From contig JBBDNJ010000297.1 in assembly GCA_040877705.1 (NCBI GenBank), forward strand, positions 1 through 56,900: a stretch of 56,900 nt of DNA. The letters run 5' to 3'. Both the position numbers and the translations under genes were made by a program. This stretch comes from Candidatus Binatia bacterium. Lineage in GTDB: Bacteria; Desulfobacterota; Binatia; UBA9968. Shown one piece after another: positions 1-10,760 of this stretch. The notes under the pieces were generated by a model that searched no databases, had not been told where the DNA came from, and saw only the letters and a program-made list of their open reading frames with translations. How positions within the stretch are numbered: the stretch's first letter is position 1; the number at the start of each line of letters is the position of its first letter.

Positions 1-14
1 CTTAGTCGAATGGG

Positions 15-758
15 TCATCGTTGCCCCCAGGGCATCAGCATTGATTGAAACCAGTTTTTGGTAGTGTCCACTTTAGAGCGCTGGATCGCCGCGGCGGGAT
101 CCACATCCTTCGGACACACGACGCTGCATTCCCCGACAAATGTGCAGTCCCAGATGCCATCGTGGTTGCCGATGATTTCGCGTTGATCCTTTCCTTGGTC
201 GCGCGAGTCCATGTTGTAGCGGTAGCCTAGCGCGATGGCGGCTGGTCCCAAAAACTTCGGCTCCAGCCCGTAAACCGGGCAGGCCGCGTAACAGAGCATG
301 CAATTAATACACTGGGTGAACTGATGGAACGCCTCGAGCTCAGCCGGCGTTTGTAAATATTCACCTTCACTGACAGGTTTCTCGTCCTTGCGTATGATCC
401 AGGGTTTAACGCTCTTCAGTTTGTCCATAAAGTCGGTCATATCGATGACCAGATCGCGGATGATCGGAAAGTTGACGAGGGGCTCTACCCGAATCTCCTG
501 GGGGTAATAGTCACGAAGAAAGGCTGCGCAGGTCAGCTTTGGGACGCCGTTGACCATCATGCCGCAACTGCCGCATACGCCCATACGGCAAGACCAGCGA
601 TAGCTCAGAGTTCCATCCATCTGATCCTTGATGTGGTTTAACACATCGAGAACGACCCAGTCCTCCCGGTAAGGGACGACGTAGGCTTGCGTTGTCGGAG
701 CCTGATCTTGCCCAGGCCGATAGCGGGTAACGTTCAATGTAATGGTCGGTTCAGCCAT
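15..758 (-). CDS. sdhB: succinate dehydrogenase / fumarate reductase iron-sulfur subunit
   Basis: 247-aa ORF with the three Cys clusters typical of SdhB/FrdB ([10 protein letters not shown]; [12 protein letters not shown]; [13 protein letters not shown]). It lies directly downstream of the flavoprotein gene on the same strand. Confidence 0.9.
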   Translation of the reverse strand: MAEPTITLNVTRYRPGQDQAPTTQAYVVPYREDWVVLDVLNHIKDQMDGTLSYRWSCRMGVCGSCGMMVNGVPKLTCAAFLRDYYPQEIRVEPLVNFPIIRDLVIDMTDFMDKLKSVKPWIIRKDEKPVSEGEYLQTPAELEAFHQFTQCINCMLCYAACPVYGLEPKFLGPAAIALGYRYNMDSRDQGKDQREIIGNHDGIWDCTFVGECSVVCPKDVDPAAAIQRSKVDTTKNWFQSMLMPWGQR

Positions 759-804
759 TGTCTCCTCTCAGAATCTAGCACTGAGCGATGAGTTTCGAGT
801 CCTA

Positions 805-2535
805 CTAATACTTTCGCTCCTCCGGTTGCCATCGGGTGATGGTGACTGGCAGGTATTCGATTCTCGGTCCGTCTGGTGTATGGTAAGCGAGAGTATGCCT
901 GAGGAAATTCTCATCGTCGCGTTTGGGGAAGTCTGTTCGAGTATGAGAACCACGGGATTCCTTGCGCTTTAGCGCAGAATTGGCGACCGTCTCCGCCACG
1001 TCCAGCATGAAATCAAGTTCAAGTGCGTTCATGACTTCGGTGTTGAAGGTGCTGCCTCGATCTTCAATGATGATGTCCTTGAATCGTTCTCTAAGAGTTC
1101 TCAGCGTCCCGCAAGCCTTCTCCAGCTTTTGTTCGTCACGATAGATTCCTGCGCCTTCCTCCATTGCTTGCTGCATCTCTTGGCGAATGGTTGCGATTCT
1201 TTCCTTTCCGGCATCCTTCCGTAAAAACTGGCGATCAAGACGCCGTTGTTCGTCCGCAGCCAGTGCCTCGATCGCCGCTGAAGCCGGAGCAGTAACGGTC
1301 GTGGCATAGGCGGTTGCTGCGCGACCTGCCCGAGTCCCGAAGACCAATAGCTCGGTCAGGGAGTTGGAACCCAACCGGTTGGCGCCATTGATTGAAACAC
1401 ACGCGGTTTCCCCGGCGGCGTAAAGTCCCGCCAAGCTCGTTTTAGCGTTAATATCTGTAGAGACGCCTCCCATCATGTAGTGCACTACGGGCCGTACCGG
1501 AATCGGCTCATAAACGGGGTCTATCCCGACGTACTTGCTTGCCAGCTCCCGGACAAAGGGTAGTTTTTTGTTGATCACTTCCTCGCCCAGGTGGCGAAGG
1601 TCGAGATGCACGTAATGGCCGTATGGGCCGTCAAACGTGCGGCCTTTGGCTAGCTCCTGCATATGGCAACGCGAAAGAATGTCACGCGGGCCTAACTCCA
1701 TCTTGCGATGCGTGGGTTTATCCGTCGGCGGTCCAAGGCCGTAGTCCTGGAGGTAGCGGTAGCCGTCCTTGTTCTTTAGCCATCCGCCTTCACCCCGCGA
1801 GGCTTCCGTAATCAATATGCCGGTTCCCGGCAAGCCCGTGGGATGGTACTGAACAAACTCCATATCTTTCAGCGCGACTCCCGCTCGATAGGCTACCGCC
1901 ATTCCATCGCCGGTGTTGATCGCGGCGTTGGTGGTGAAAGGGAAGATGCGGCCGCCTCCTCCGGTGCATAGGATAACAGCTTTGCCGGCAATAACTTCTA
2001 CTCGGCCTGTATAAAGGTTGATTGATGTGACCCCGCACACCTTCCCATCGTCGACCAACAATGAGGTGAGAAAACACTCGTCGTAGCGGATGATATTGTC
2101 GTACTTCAAAGAGGTCTGGAAAAGGGTGTGAAGAAGATGGAATCCCGTCTTGTCAGCGGCAAAAAGGGTCCGATCGACGCTCATCCCTCCGAAAGATCTG
2201 ACGCTCACGCGGCCGTCCGGGTCGCGGCTCCAGGGACATCCCCAGTGCTCAAGTTGGATGAGCTCTCCGGGAGCCTCCTTTACAAAGGCCTCGACGGAGT
2301 CTTGGTCCGCCAGAAAGTCGGCTCCGAAAATGGTGTCCTTCGCATGCAGATCGAGGCTATCGAACTCGCGAAGAACTGCCGCGGTTCCTCCTTCAGCAGA
2401 AACCGTGTGGCTTCTCATCGGATAGACTTTGGAGACCAATGCAATAGACAGCTTGCTCGACACTTCTGCCGCCGCAATGGCGGCGCGCAGGCCTGCACCG
2501 CCTCCGCCGACGATAACAATGTCATGAGTAAACAT
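805..2535 (-). CDS. sdhA: succinate dehydrogenase / fumarate reductase flavoprotein subunit
   Basis: 576-aa ORF with an N-terminal FAD fold ([14 protein letters not shown]) and the conserved YHPTG and NRLGSNSL segments of SdhA/FrdA. Confidence 0.92.
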   Translation of the reverse strand: MFTHDIVIVGGGGAGLRAAIAAAEVSSKLSIALVSKVYPMRSHTVSAEGGTAAVLREFDSLDLHAKDTIFGADFLADQDSVEAFVKEAPGELIQLEHWGCPWSRDPDGRVSVRSFGGMSVDRTLFAADKTGFHLLHTLFQTSLKYDNIIRYDECFLTSLLVDDGKVCGVTSINLYTGRVEVIAGKAVILCTGGGGRIFPFTTNAAINTGDGMAVAYRAGVALKDMEFVQYHPTGLPGTGILITEASRGEGGWLKNKDGYRYLQDYGLGPPTDKPTHRKMELGPRDILSRCHMQELAKGRTFDGPYGHYVHLDLRHLGEEVINKKLPFVRELASKYVGIDPVYEPIPVRPVVHYMMGGVSTDINAKTSLAGLYAAGETACVSINGANRLGSNSLTELLVFGTRAGRAATAYATTVTAPASAAIEALAADEQRRLDRQFLRKDAGKERIATIRQEMQQAMEEGAGIYRDEQKLEKACGTLRTLRERFKDIIIEDRGSTFNTEVMNALELDFMLDVAETVANSALKRKESRGSHTRTDFPKRDDENFLRHTLAYHTPDGPRIEYLPVTITRWQPEERKY

Positions 2536-2697
2536 TTTAAATTGTATTATATGCTGATCCGGTAGGTGTCAAGGCAGTGATACGATTAGAGAACAATTTC
2601 CCATCCGTACGGCCAAGAGAGGATCGCCTCTCCTGGCTGCACGAACTACTCTGTCAATCTTTCTTGGAGACGCAAAGGAAATAGTAAAGAATTGGTG

Positions 2698-3030
2698 TTA
2701 CTTTGCCGGCGTGGCACCGGCTTCTTTCGTCTGGTCTGATTCTTCCAGCTCCATATAAGTCTTAACGATCTGCGGAATATCTTCTTTGGTAACTTTCATA
2801 TACCAAAGCCCTTCCGGCCAGATCATCATATTCGGACCAAAGGCACAGAGATCCATACAGCCGCTCCGGGCCACGCGCAGCTTGCCTTTTAGATTCATCT
2901 CCTTGGCGATTTTCTTCAGATCTTCCGCGATATCGTCGCCGCCGCTGTAGCCGCAAGAGGGGCTCTCGCCGTTACGGTTGTTGATACAAAGGTAAATTTG
3001 CCGCTTGTAGGGCTGTGGTCGTTGGATCAT
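2698..3030 (-). CDS. thioredoxin-like [2Fe-2S] ferredoxin domain protein
   Basis: 110-aa ORF with Cys spacing (SCGYSGG ... SGCMDLCAFGPNMMIWPEGLWY) typical of thioredoxin-like 2Fe-2S ferredoxins. It sits between fumC and sdhA on the same strand. Confidence 0.7.
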   Translation of the reverse strand: MIQRPQPYKRQIYLCINNRNGESPSCGYSGGDDIAEDLKKIAKEMNLKGKLRVARSGCMDLCAFGPNMMIWPEGLWYMKVTKEDIPQIVKTYMELEESDQTKEAGATPAK

Positions 3031-3102
3031 GGAAACTCCCTTCGAACTATTTGAATTATTCTCGGCTTATAACAGAAAAAAAACGGCTTTGCACGCGCTG
3101 AC

Positions 3103-4512
3103 TTACTTCTCTTTCCGACTACCGGGAAGGGTCATGCTCCAAGGGTCCAGGGCGATATTTAATCGATCGTCCGGCAGCGCCTTGCGCAACTGAGCAACCT
3201 GTCGAACGGTCTTGCCGCTCGCAACAGCCTCGTCCGCGATCTGCGCGGCGGCGTCATAGCCGATCAACGGCGCCAGTGCCGTAACCATGGCAAGGCTGTT
3301 CTCCACGAGCTCGTTGCAGCGCTCCCAGTTGGCTTCGATGCCGATCACGCATTTTTCGGTGAAGGCCTTCACCGCGTTGGCCGTAAACTGTATGGCCTCG
3401 AGTATCTTAAGCGTAACAATTGGCAGTGTCACATTCAATTCAAAGTTGCCCGCCTGCCCGCAAATCGTTATCGTTGCGTCGCAACCGATTACGTGGGCGG
3501 CTACTTGAAGCACCGATTCGCAGAGCACGGGATTGACTTTGCCCGGCATGATCGAGGAGCCCGGTTGCGTCTCGGGGAGACTGATCTCGCCGATCGCGCA
3601 GCGCGGGCCGGAAGCGAGCCAACAAATGTCGTTAGCTATTTTGGTTAAGCTGACCGCCAAAGTTTTGACCGCGCCGCTCACGTATACTACGGCGTCTCTG
3701 GCCGCCTGCGCTTCGAAATGGTTCTCGGCTTCACGAAAGTCGATGCCGCTCTCTTCAGAGATGACTTCGATGGCGCGCGCGGCAAATTCCGGATGCGTAT
3801 TGATGCCCGTGCCGACCGCGGTCCCCCCCAGCGCAAGCTCTTCGAGCCCCTTCGAAGCGGCTTCAATACGTTCTATAGCGAGCTCGATCTGCCGCGCGTA
3901 GCCGCTAAATTCCTGGCCTAGCCGGATAGGGGTGGCGTCGTTGAGGTGGGTGCGGCCGATTTTCACGATAGCGTCGAATTCTTTCGCTTTGCTTTCGAGC
4001 GCGCCGTGGAGGCCGGTTAAAGCGGGAACAAGATTTTGCCGTATCGCCGCCAGCGCAGCGACATGAATGGCCGTAGGGATTACGTCATTGCTCGATTGTC
4101 CCATGTTCACGTGATCGTTGGGATGTATCTCCTTGCTGCCGCGGGATTTCCCGAGAAGTTCGAGTACCCGATTGGCAATGACCTCGTTGACGTTCATGTT
4201 GGTGGATGTGCCTGATCCGGTTTGAAAAATATCGACAACGAACTCTTTGTGGTGTTTTCCTTCCATGATTTCTTTTGCCGCATCACGAATGGCTCCGGCA
4301 ATTTTGCTATCCAATAATCCTAGACCTTCATTGGCCGTGGCCGCGGCATATTTGATCAGCGCCAGCGCATGGATGAACGTTGGCGGAAAGCCGATCCCGC
4401 TGATCGGAAAGTTCTCTACGGCTCGCTGAGTCTGGGCGCCGTAATAGGCGCTCTTGGGAACCCGTACTTCACCCATGGAATCCCGTTCCATTCGGTACTC
4501 TTGCTCGGCCAT
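3103..4512 (-). CDS. fumC: class II fumarate hydratase
   Basis: Carries the fumarate-lyase signature GSSIMPGKVNP and an N-terminus (MERDSMGEVRVPKSAYYGAQTQRAVENFPISG) typical of FumC. The start is placed at ATG 4512, behind a GGAGAAAG ribosome-binding site; the ORF track extends to 4551. Confidence 0.88.
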   Translation of the reverse strand: MAEQEYRMERDSMGEVRVPKSAYYGAQTQRAVENFPISGIGFPPTFIHALALIKYAAATANEGLGLLDSKIAGAIRDAAKEIMEGKHHKEFVVDIFQTGSGTSTNMNVNEVIANRVLELLGKSRGSKEIHPNDHVNMGQSSNDVIPTAIHVAALAAIRQNLVPALTGLHGALESKAKEFDAIVKIGRTHLNDATPIRLGQEFSGYARQIELAIERIEAASKGLEELALGGTAVGTGINTHPEFAARAIEVISEESGIDFREAENHFEAQAARDAVVYVSGAVKTLAVSLTKIANDICWLASGPRCAIGEISLPETQPGSSIMPGKVNPVLCESVLQVAAHVIGCDATITICGQAGNFELNVTLPIVTLKILEAIQFTANAVKAFTEKCVIGIEANWERCNELVENSLAMVTALAPLIGYDAAAQIADEAVASGKTVRQVAQLRKALPDDRLNIALDPWSMTLPGSRKEK

Positions 4513-4712
4513 TTTCTTTCTCCTCTTGGGCGTCTTGTATTTATCTATCATGGACGACGCGACGGACCAACCGTGGTCGAATCAAACTTCTTGGCATTTA
4601 TTTTCGGTCGCGTTATAAAGCATGTCCTCGACAATGGCTTAGATGCTTGGTGAATTTTGTGATAATGATTTTTTCAATTCTGCTCGTGCAAGGAATGGGG
4701 TCCATATTGCTA

Positions 4713-5390
4713 ATGGAACAGCTTATCGAATTGAATAACCGCGTTGTTCAGTGCCGCAAGTGCCCTCGGCTCGTGCGCTGGCGTGAAGCTTGCGCTAAAA
4801 ATCCACCGCGGCGGTATCACGGCGTTGAGTACTGGGCGAAGCCCCTGGCGGGTTTCGGCGACCCTCAGGCAAGAGTGATGGTCGTCGGGCTTGCGCCGGC
4901 GGCCAACGGCGGCAATCGGACCGGAAGAATGTTCACTGGAGACCGCAGCGGCGACTGGCTTTACCGCGCGCTCCATGCTTTTGGTTTTGCCAACCAGCCG
5001 AAATCGGAGCATTGCGACGACGGTCTCGCGTTGAAAGACTGCTATATCACCGCCGCCGTGCATTGCGCGCCGCCGTTGAATAAGCCCGCGCCGGTTGAAT
5101 TCGAACGCTGTCGGCCATTTCTCGTTCAAGAGCTACAAATGATGAGGCAGGTGCGCGTTGTCATCGTTCTCGGTAAGATCGCTTTCGACTCGTTTCTGAA
5201 AGCCTATGAGGAAGCCGGCGGAACGATTCCCAAGCCGCGCCCGAAGTTCGGCCACGGCCGATCCAGCGTTCTGCCGGACGATCTGTCCTTAATCTGCTCC
5301 TACCATCCGAGCCAGCAGAATACTTTCACAGGCAAACTGACGCAGCCGATGTTTCACAGTGTTTTTCGTCAGGCGAAGGAGCTTCTCTAA
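4713..5390 (+). CDS. uracil-DNA glycosylase, family 4/5 type (UdgB-like)
   Basis: Has CRKCPRL, GLAPAANGGNRTGRMFTGD and a late SYHPSQQN motif, as in Fe-S-containing family 4/5 UDGs. The start is uncertain: the ORF opens at 4647 and an internal ATG at 4713 is preferred. Confidence 0.75.
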   Translation: MEQLIELNNRVVQCRKCPRLVRWREACAKNPPRRYHGVEYWAKPLAGFGDPQARVMVVGLAPAANGGNRTGRMFTGDRSGDWLYRALHAFGFANQPKSEHCDDGLALKDCYITAAVHCAPPLNKPAPVEFERCRPFLVQELQMMRQVRVVIVLGKIAFDSFLKAYEEAGGTIPKPRPKFGHGRSSVLPDDLSLICSYHPSQQNTFTGKLTQPMFHSVFRQAKELL

Positions 5391-5412
5391 TATCCCTATT
5401 GCGGAGGCCGTG

Positions 5413-8307
5413 ATGAGCGCAAATTCAAGCAATGATTATTTAGAGGTCGAAACAGAACTCAAGAAACGTATCGACGGGGAGGTGAGGTTTGATCAGTATA
5501 CTCGTCTGCTGTACTCCACCGATGCGTCGATTTACCAAATCGAGCCCGTTGGTGTCGTCGTGCCGCGTCACAAAGGCGATGTCCAGGCCGCAATTGAAAT
5601 CGCCAATCGCTTCCAAGTTGCGATCTTGCCCAGAGGCGGCGGCACCTCGCTTGCCGGGCAGGCAGTAGGGCAGGCGATCGTGTTGGACTTTTCCAAGTAC
5701 ATGCAGAACGTTGTCGAAGTGAATCAAGAAGAGCTGTGGTGCCGGGTGCAGCCGGGATTGGTTCAAGATGAGTTGAACGCTCATGTGCGGTCGATGGGGC
5801 TTCAATTGGGTCCGGATACATCGACGTCCAATCGCGCCACCATCGGCGGCATGGTCGGCAACAATTCGTCCGGCGCCCATTCGCTTACTTATGGCAAGAC
5901 ACTGGACCATGTTCTGGAGCTTACCGTTTTACTATCCGATGGCAGCGAAGTTGTGTTGAAAAATCTCCAGCCCGACGAACTCAATGGGAAAACCGGGCTC
6001 GAGGGGCTCGAAGGCAGCATCTATCGCGAAGTCGAGCGACTCGCACTGCAACACAAGGACGAAATTCTCGCCCGTTATCCAAAAATAATGCGGCGCGTGT
6101 CCGGTTATAATCTGGATGAATTCATCAAGCCCCAGCCCTTTAACTTGTCACGCATCGTGACCGGCTCGGAGGGGACCTTGGCGACCATCGTCGAAGCCAA
6201 GATGCGGCTGGTGCCGAAACCCAAGTGGACGGCAATGGATGTCATCCATTTCAACGACGACATCGAAGCGCTGGAATGCGCCCAAGTAGTTTTGCAGACG
6301 AGGCCTTATGCCATGGAATCCACCGACAAGATGATCCTCAATCTGGCCCGCGGTAACATCGAACAATCGAGAAAGCTTGGCTTCGTGCAAGGCACGCCGG
6401 AGTCACTTCTGATGGTCGAGTACGCCGGTGAAACGGAAGCAGAGGTCAAGGAGCAGGTCGACAAACTCGAAGAGGTCCGCAAAAAACATAAGATCGGTTA
6501 CGCGGCGACCCTCGCGTTTAAGCCGGAAGAGGTCAAGGCGATCTGGGGCGTGCGCAAGGCCGGTCTCGGGCTGCTGCTCGGCACCAAGGGAGACAAAAAG
6601 CCCATCGCCTTCGTCGAAGACACGGCGGTGGAGCCGTCGATGTTGCCGGAGTTTATCCGGCGCTTTCGCGAAGTGGTTGCGCGCCACGATACGGTCGCGG
6701 GCTACTACGGCCACTGCTCGGTCGGCTGCATGCACATTCGCCCGCTCATCAACCTCAAAGACGAGAGCGAGAAACACAAGATGGTATCGATTGCGAACGC
6801 CATCTCGGATCTCGTGCTTGAATTCAACGGTTCGATGTCCGGCGAGCACGGCGATGGCCTGGCGCGCAGCCATTTCAATAAGAAGCTTTTCGGAGCGAAT
6901 CTGTACCAAGCCTTTCAGCAGGTGAAGCGGGCCTTCGATCCTAAGAATCTAATGAACCCGGGCAAAATCGTCGACTCGCCGGCGATGACCGAGTCGTTAA
7001 AGATCAGTCCGCAATACCAAACCTGGGAGCCGCGGACGACTTTGAATTTTAGCGGCCAAGGCGGTTTCGCGCGGGCCGTGGAAATGTGCAACGGCATGGG
7101 TGAATGCCGCAAGAAATTGGATGGTACGATGTGCCCTTCGTACATGGGAACGCTGGACGAAGAGCATTCGACGCGCGGCAGAGCGAACGCCTTGCGCGCG
7201 GTGTTGTCAGGAAAGGTGCCGAAAGAAGAATTCACGGGTCATCGCCTCCATGAAATCATGGATCTCTGTCTCGAGTGCAAAGCCTGCAAAGCCGAGTGTC
7301 CTTCCAATGTCGACATGGCGAAGCTCAAGTACGAGTTTCTCGATCACTATCACCGCGCCAACGGCTTGCCCCTGCGCAACCGGCTGTTCGGCGGCATCGC
7401 GCGGCTAAATCGCATCGGCTCGCAGTTCGCGCCGGTTTCTAATTGGCTGGCCAATTCGAAGATGAATCGTCGGCTGATGGAAACATTTGCCGGCGTGGAC
7501 CGCCGCAGACCTTTACCGCAATTTGCCAGGGAGACCTTCGAGAGCTGGTTCAATGGTCATAAAGCGGAAGGGGACGGAGCCAAGAGTGAAGTCGTGCTAT
7601 TTCACGACACTTTCAACGACTTCAATACGCCCAACGTCGCCATTGCCGCGACGCGGCTGCTTGAACGCTTGGGGTACCGGGTGATGCTCGCCAACAAACG
7701 CTGCTGCGGCCGGCCGATGATCTCGAAGGGAATGCTCGGAGAAGCCAAGAACAACGCCGCCTGGAATGTCGATCAGCTTGCGCCATTCGCCGAGCGAGGG
7801 ATCCCGATTGTCGGCCTCGAACCGTCCTGTTTGCTAACCTTACGAGATGAGTATCCTGATTTCCTGCGCACCAACGATGCCATTAAAGTCGCCAAAAATA
7901 CTTTTCTTTTGGAGGAGTTTCTTCTCAGAGAACGAGATGCGGGCAAGCTTTCGTTAAATGCTCAAACCAGCGGCCGCAAAGCGCTGCTCCATGGCCACTG
8001 CCACCAAAAAGCGTTGGCCGGAACGGCGCCGACGATCGCGGTGCTGAAAGCGGCCGGTTTTGACGTCAGCGAAGTCGACTCCGGCTGTTGCGGTATGGCA
8101 GGCTCCTTTGGCTTCGAAAAAGAACACTACGATCTTTCGGTGACTATCGGTAATCGCCGCCTCGGGCCGGCCGTAAAAGCGGCTGCGGGCGATGTCGAGA
8201 TCGTTGCGCCCGGTATTTCGTGCCGGCAGCAGATCGAGCATCTGACCGGTCGCAAAGCGAAGCATCCGGCGGAACTGCTGTGGGAAGTAATGAGTTTCGA
8301 GGACTGA
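5413..8307 (+). CDS. FAD-binding oxidase fused to an Fe-S / CCG-domain module (GlcD-GlcF or D-lactate/2-hydroxyacid dehydrogenase-like)
   Basis: N-terminal FAD PCMH-type domain (PRGGGTSLAGQ), a ferredoxin-type CLECKACKAECP cluster and two Cys-rich CCG-type segments (KRCCGRP, SGCCGMAG). The start is placed at ATG 5413, behind a GGAGG site. Confidence 0.85.
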   Translation: MSANSSNDYLEVETELKKRIDGEVRFDQYTRLLYSTDASIYQIEPVGVVVPRHKGDVQAAIEIANRFQVAILPRGGGTSLAGQAVGQAIVLDFSKYMQNVVEVNQEELWCRVQPGLVQDELNAHVRSMGLQLGPDTSTSNRATIGGMVGNNSSGAHSLTYGKTLDHVLELTVLLSDGSEVVLKNLQPDELNGKTGLEGLEGSIYREVERLALQHKDEILARYPKIMRRVSGYNLDEFIKPQPFNLSRIVTGSEGTLATIVEAKMRLVPKPKWTAMDVIHFNDDIEALECAQVVLQTRPYAMESTDKMILNLARGNIEQSRKLGFVQGTPESLLMVEYAGETEAEVKEQVDKLEEVRKKHKIGYAATLAFKPEEVKAIWGVRKAGLGLLLGTKGDKKPIAFVEDTAVEPSMLPEFIRRFREVVARHDTVAGYYGHCSVGCMHIRPLINLKDESEKHKMVSIANAISDLVLEFNGSMSGEHGDGLARSHFNKKLFGANLYQAFQQVKRAFDPKNLMNPGKIVDSPAMTESLKISPQYQTWEPRTTLNFSGQGGFARAVEMCNGMGECRKKLDGTMCPSYMGTLDEEHSTRGRANALRAVLSGKVPKEEFTGHRLHEIMDLCLECKACKAECPSNVDMAKLKYEFLDHYHRANGLPLRNRLFGGIARLNRIGSQFAPVSNWLANSKMNRRLMETFAGVDRRRPLPQFARETFESWFNGHKAEGDGAKSEVVLFHDTFNDFNTPNVAIAATRLLERLGYRVMLANKRCCGRPMISKGMLGEAKNNAAWNVDQLAPFAERGIPIVGLEPSCLLTLRDEYPDFLRTNDAIKVAKNTFLLEEFLLRERDAGKLSLNAQTSGRKALLHGHCHQKALAGTAPTIAVLKAAGFDVSEVDSGCCGMAGSFGFEKEHYDLSVTIGNRRLGPAVKAAAGDVEIVAPGISCRQQIEHLTGRKAKHPAELLWEVMSFED

Positions 8308-8442
8308 CTGCTGAGGGCGTAGCGTAGGAGAAAGAAATTGACAATCGCCACCGAGCTCGAATGGTGTGTTGCTGGGATGAGCCCGAAAGCCATTAAAAAC
8401 GCTTCCGAAGGACGACTGGCGAGAATTATGGCTTGCTTGGAG

Positions 8443-8477
8443 AAAAAACCCCGCCCGAGCTGAGATGCCAGGCGGGG
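8443..8477 (-). terminator. putative rho-independent terminator downstream of the ComEA-like gene
   Basis: CCCCGCC (8449-8455) pairs with GGCGGGG (8471-8477). On the minus strand the hairpin is followed by a T-run (A-run 8443-8448 on the plus strand). Confidence 0.55.
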
Positions 8478-8498
8478 TCGCGACGGATTTCGAGATGG

Positions 8499-8885
8499 CT
8501 ACTTCTTTTCCGCCTTCATGGCGTCGCCCTTAGCAGGTTCGGTCTTCTTGGTGCCGGCGCCCTTCGTAGCTTTAGTTGAATCGGAACTTTTGGTCTTAGT
8601 AGATTTTTGCGCCGGTTTCTCGATCATGGTTTTGCCGGTGGTCGTCACCTGGGGCCGGATCTGTTTCATAAGGCTTGGGCCGACACCGGGGACCTTTTCC
8701 AGATCATCGACCGATTTGAAGTTGCCGTTCTTGGTTCGGTAGTTGATGATATCCTGCGCTCTTTTCTCGCCGACTCCCTTAAGACTCGTCAGCTCTTCTT
8801 TGGTGGCCGTGTTGATATTGACCGCCGCCATCGCCAGCCCCGAGAGGGCAAAGCACATTACCAATGCCAAAAATAATTTCCGCAT
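8499..8885 (-). CDS. ComEA-like helix-hairpin-helix DNA-binding protein with signal peptide
   Basis: Signal-like N-terminus (MRKLFLALVMCFALSGLAMA) followed by INTATKEELTSLKGVGEKRAQDIINYR...LEKVPGVGPSLMKQI (tandem HhH). The start is placed at ATG 8885, behind an AAAGGAGGAAAA site. Confidence 0.8.
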   Translation of the reverse strand: MRKLFLALVMCFALSGLAMAAVNINTATKEELTSLKGVGEKRAQDIINYRTKNGNFKSVDDLEKVPGVGPSLMKQIRPQVTTTGKTMIEKPAQKSTKTKSSDSTKATKGAGTKKTEPAKGDAMKAEKK

Positions 8886-9109
8886 ATTTTCCTCCTTTTG
8901 TTTTTGCGGTTTCCCGCGACCATGCCTCTTAGACGTATTTGCTCTGTTGCTCTTCAAATGACCTATCTGATTTTCTCTCAGTTAGCGGCTCATAACCGAT
9001 GTGCAGGGTTTTCTGTCAACATCCGGCCGTTGGTCTAGAGCATAACGGGAGTTTGAGCGCGTGGGTGGCGGCTTGTGGCTACAGGCAATTGGCATAGTGT
9101 CATGTTCGA

Positions 9110-10615
9110 CTACACCGCGTCTTCCGGCCGTTCATACTTGGCCCTGCCCCATCGTTCCTTCAGAGTCGGATATGCCACGGTGAAAATAGTCACGGCGATC
9201 AGTATTAAGACCGTCGGAAAGAGCAACCATTTCGCACCATAGGCCGCGGTGGAGATCCACAAATAGTTTTCCGCGATCTTGCCGAGAATCAGTCCAAGGA
9301 TAAGCGGCGGCCGAGGCCAGCCGAATTTCACCATGAAATAGCCGATCACTCCGAAAATAAGAGTGGAGATAATATCCGTGAGGCTGTTGTTAGCGGTAAA
9401 GGAGCCAATGAACACCAGGAACATCAGGAACGGGATCAATAACGAACCGCGAATAAAGGTCAGGGCCGCCAGGTGATTGAGAACGAGGAAACAAATTCCG
9501 GCGACAATGATGTTGGCAATGATCAGTATCCAAACCATTGCAAACGTGACATCGAGCCGTGACTTGAGCATTTCCGGACCGGGGTTGAGTCCGACGATCA
9601 ACATGGCGCCGAGCAATAGGGCCATGCTGGCGCTGCCGGGAATACCAAACGCTAAGGTCGGAATGAGGTCGCCGCCGCGGGTGGCGTTGTTAGCCGCGCC
9701 GGGACCCAGGACGCCCTCGATGGCGCCTTTGCCGGCTCTCGATCTGTCTTTGAGGTTAGCCACAGAATGACCGTAGGCAATCCATTGAGCAACGCTGGCG
9801 CCCAAAACCGGCAATACACCAAAATAGACACCGATGAGGCTGCAACGAAACACCAGCCAGAAGTGCCGGAAGGTGTCTTTAACGCCTTCCATGACGCCGG
9901 TCAACTTGCCGCCTGGTTGGCTGCCGCCCGCTATGCTCGTGCCGCGGACCGCCAGATCGACGATCTCAGGTATAGCGAACAAGCCCACCACGACCGGAAT
10001 GAGATCGAGGCGGTCCCACAGATAGAGGCTGCCGAAAGTATAGCGCAGCGATCCGGTCTGTGGATCGACGCCGATAGAGGCTAACATCAAACCGATGCCG
10101 CCGGCCAATAGTCCTTTGATCAGCGATGGCCCGGCCAGTGTGCCGATAAAGGTGATGCCCATGATGGCAATGATGAACAACTCCGGCGATCCGAAGAGCA
10201 GGACGAGCGGACGCATGATCGGAATCGATATTGCCAATGAAATAGCTCCTATCACCGATCCCACCACGGAGCTTGTGATAGCGGCGCCGAGGGCGCGGCC
10301 CGCCTCGCCTTTCTTCGACATCGGATAGCCGTCAAGTACCAGTGCGGCTGCCGTACCTTCCCCAGGTATGCCGAACAGAATCGAAGTCAGATCGCCTGTA
10401 GTTGAAGTGACGGCCAGCATGCCCAGTAGCAATGAAAACGCCTCGATCGGGGTTTTAATGGTGTATGAGAATGGCATTATCAAGGCTAAAGTCGCCAGGC
10501 CGCCTATGCCGGGAAGAAGTCCAACAAAAAATCCGATGGATATCCCCATGAGCATATAGCCGAAAGCCGGCCACGCTAGGACTTGCCAAAATCCACTGAC
10601 GAAGGCTTCAAGCAT
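9110..10615 (-). CDS. tctA: tripartite tricarboxylate transporter large permease
   Basis: 501-aa polytopic membrane protein with the TctA-type LPGIGG motif near the N-terminus. It lies in an operon with TctB and TctC-type genes. Confidence 0.85.
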   Translation of the reverse strand: MLEAFVSGFWQVLAWPAFGYMLMGISIGFFVGLLPGIGGLATLALIMPFSYTIKTPIEAFSLLLGMLAVTSTTGDLTSILFGIPGEGTAAALVLDGYPMSKKGEAGRALGAAITSSVVGSVIGAISLAISIPIMRPLVLLFGSPELFIIAIMGITFIGTLAGPSLIKGLLAGGIGLMLASIGVDPQTGSLRYTFGSLYLWDRLDLIPVVVGLFAIPEIVDLAVRGTSIAGGSQPGGKLTGVMEGVKDTFRHFWLVFRCSLIGVYFGVLPVLGASVAQWIAYGHSVANLKDRSRAGKGAIEGVLGPGAANNATRGGDLIPTLAFGIPGSASMALLLGAMLIVGLNPGPEMLKSRLDVTFAMVWILIIANIIVAGICFLVLNHLAALTFIRGSLLIPFLMFLVFIGSFTANNSLTDIISTLIFGVIGYFMVKFGWPRPPLILGLILGKIAENYLWISTAAYGAKWLLFPTVLILIAVTIFTVAYPTLKERWGRAKYERPEDAV

Positions 10616-10760
10616 GTAGGTCTCCTGTCGTCGTTCTACCCGTACGGACCCTGCTCCTTACCGCATCTTGCCACTGCGGTCAAGCAGATTTCTCGTTGCC
10701 ATGAAACTTAGAAGAAAATTATGCCTGGCGCGGGTTTGCATTTTCTTCATCGCGGAAATC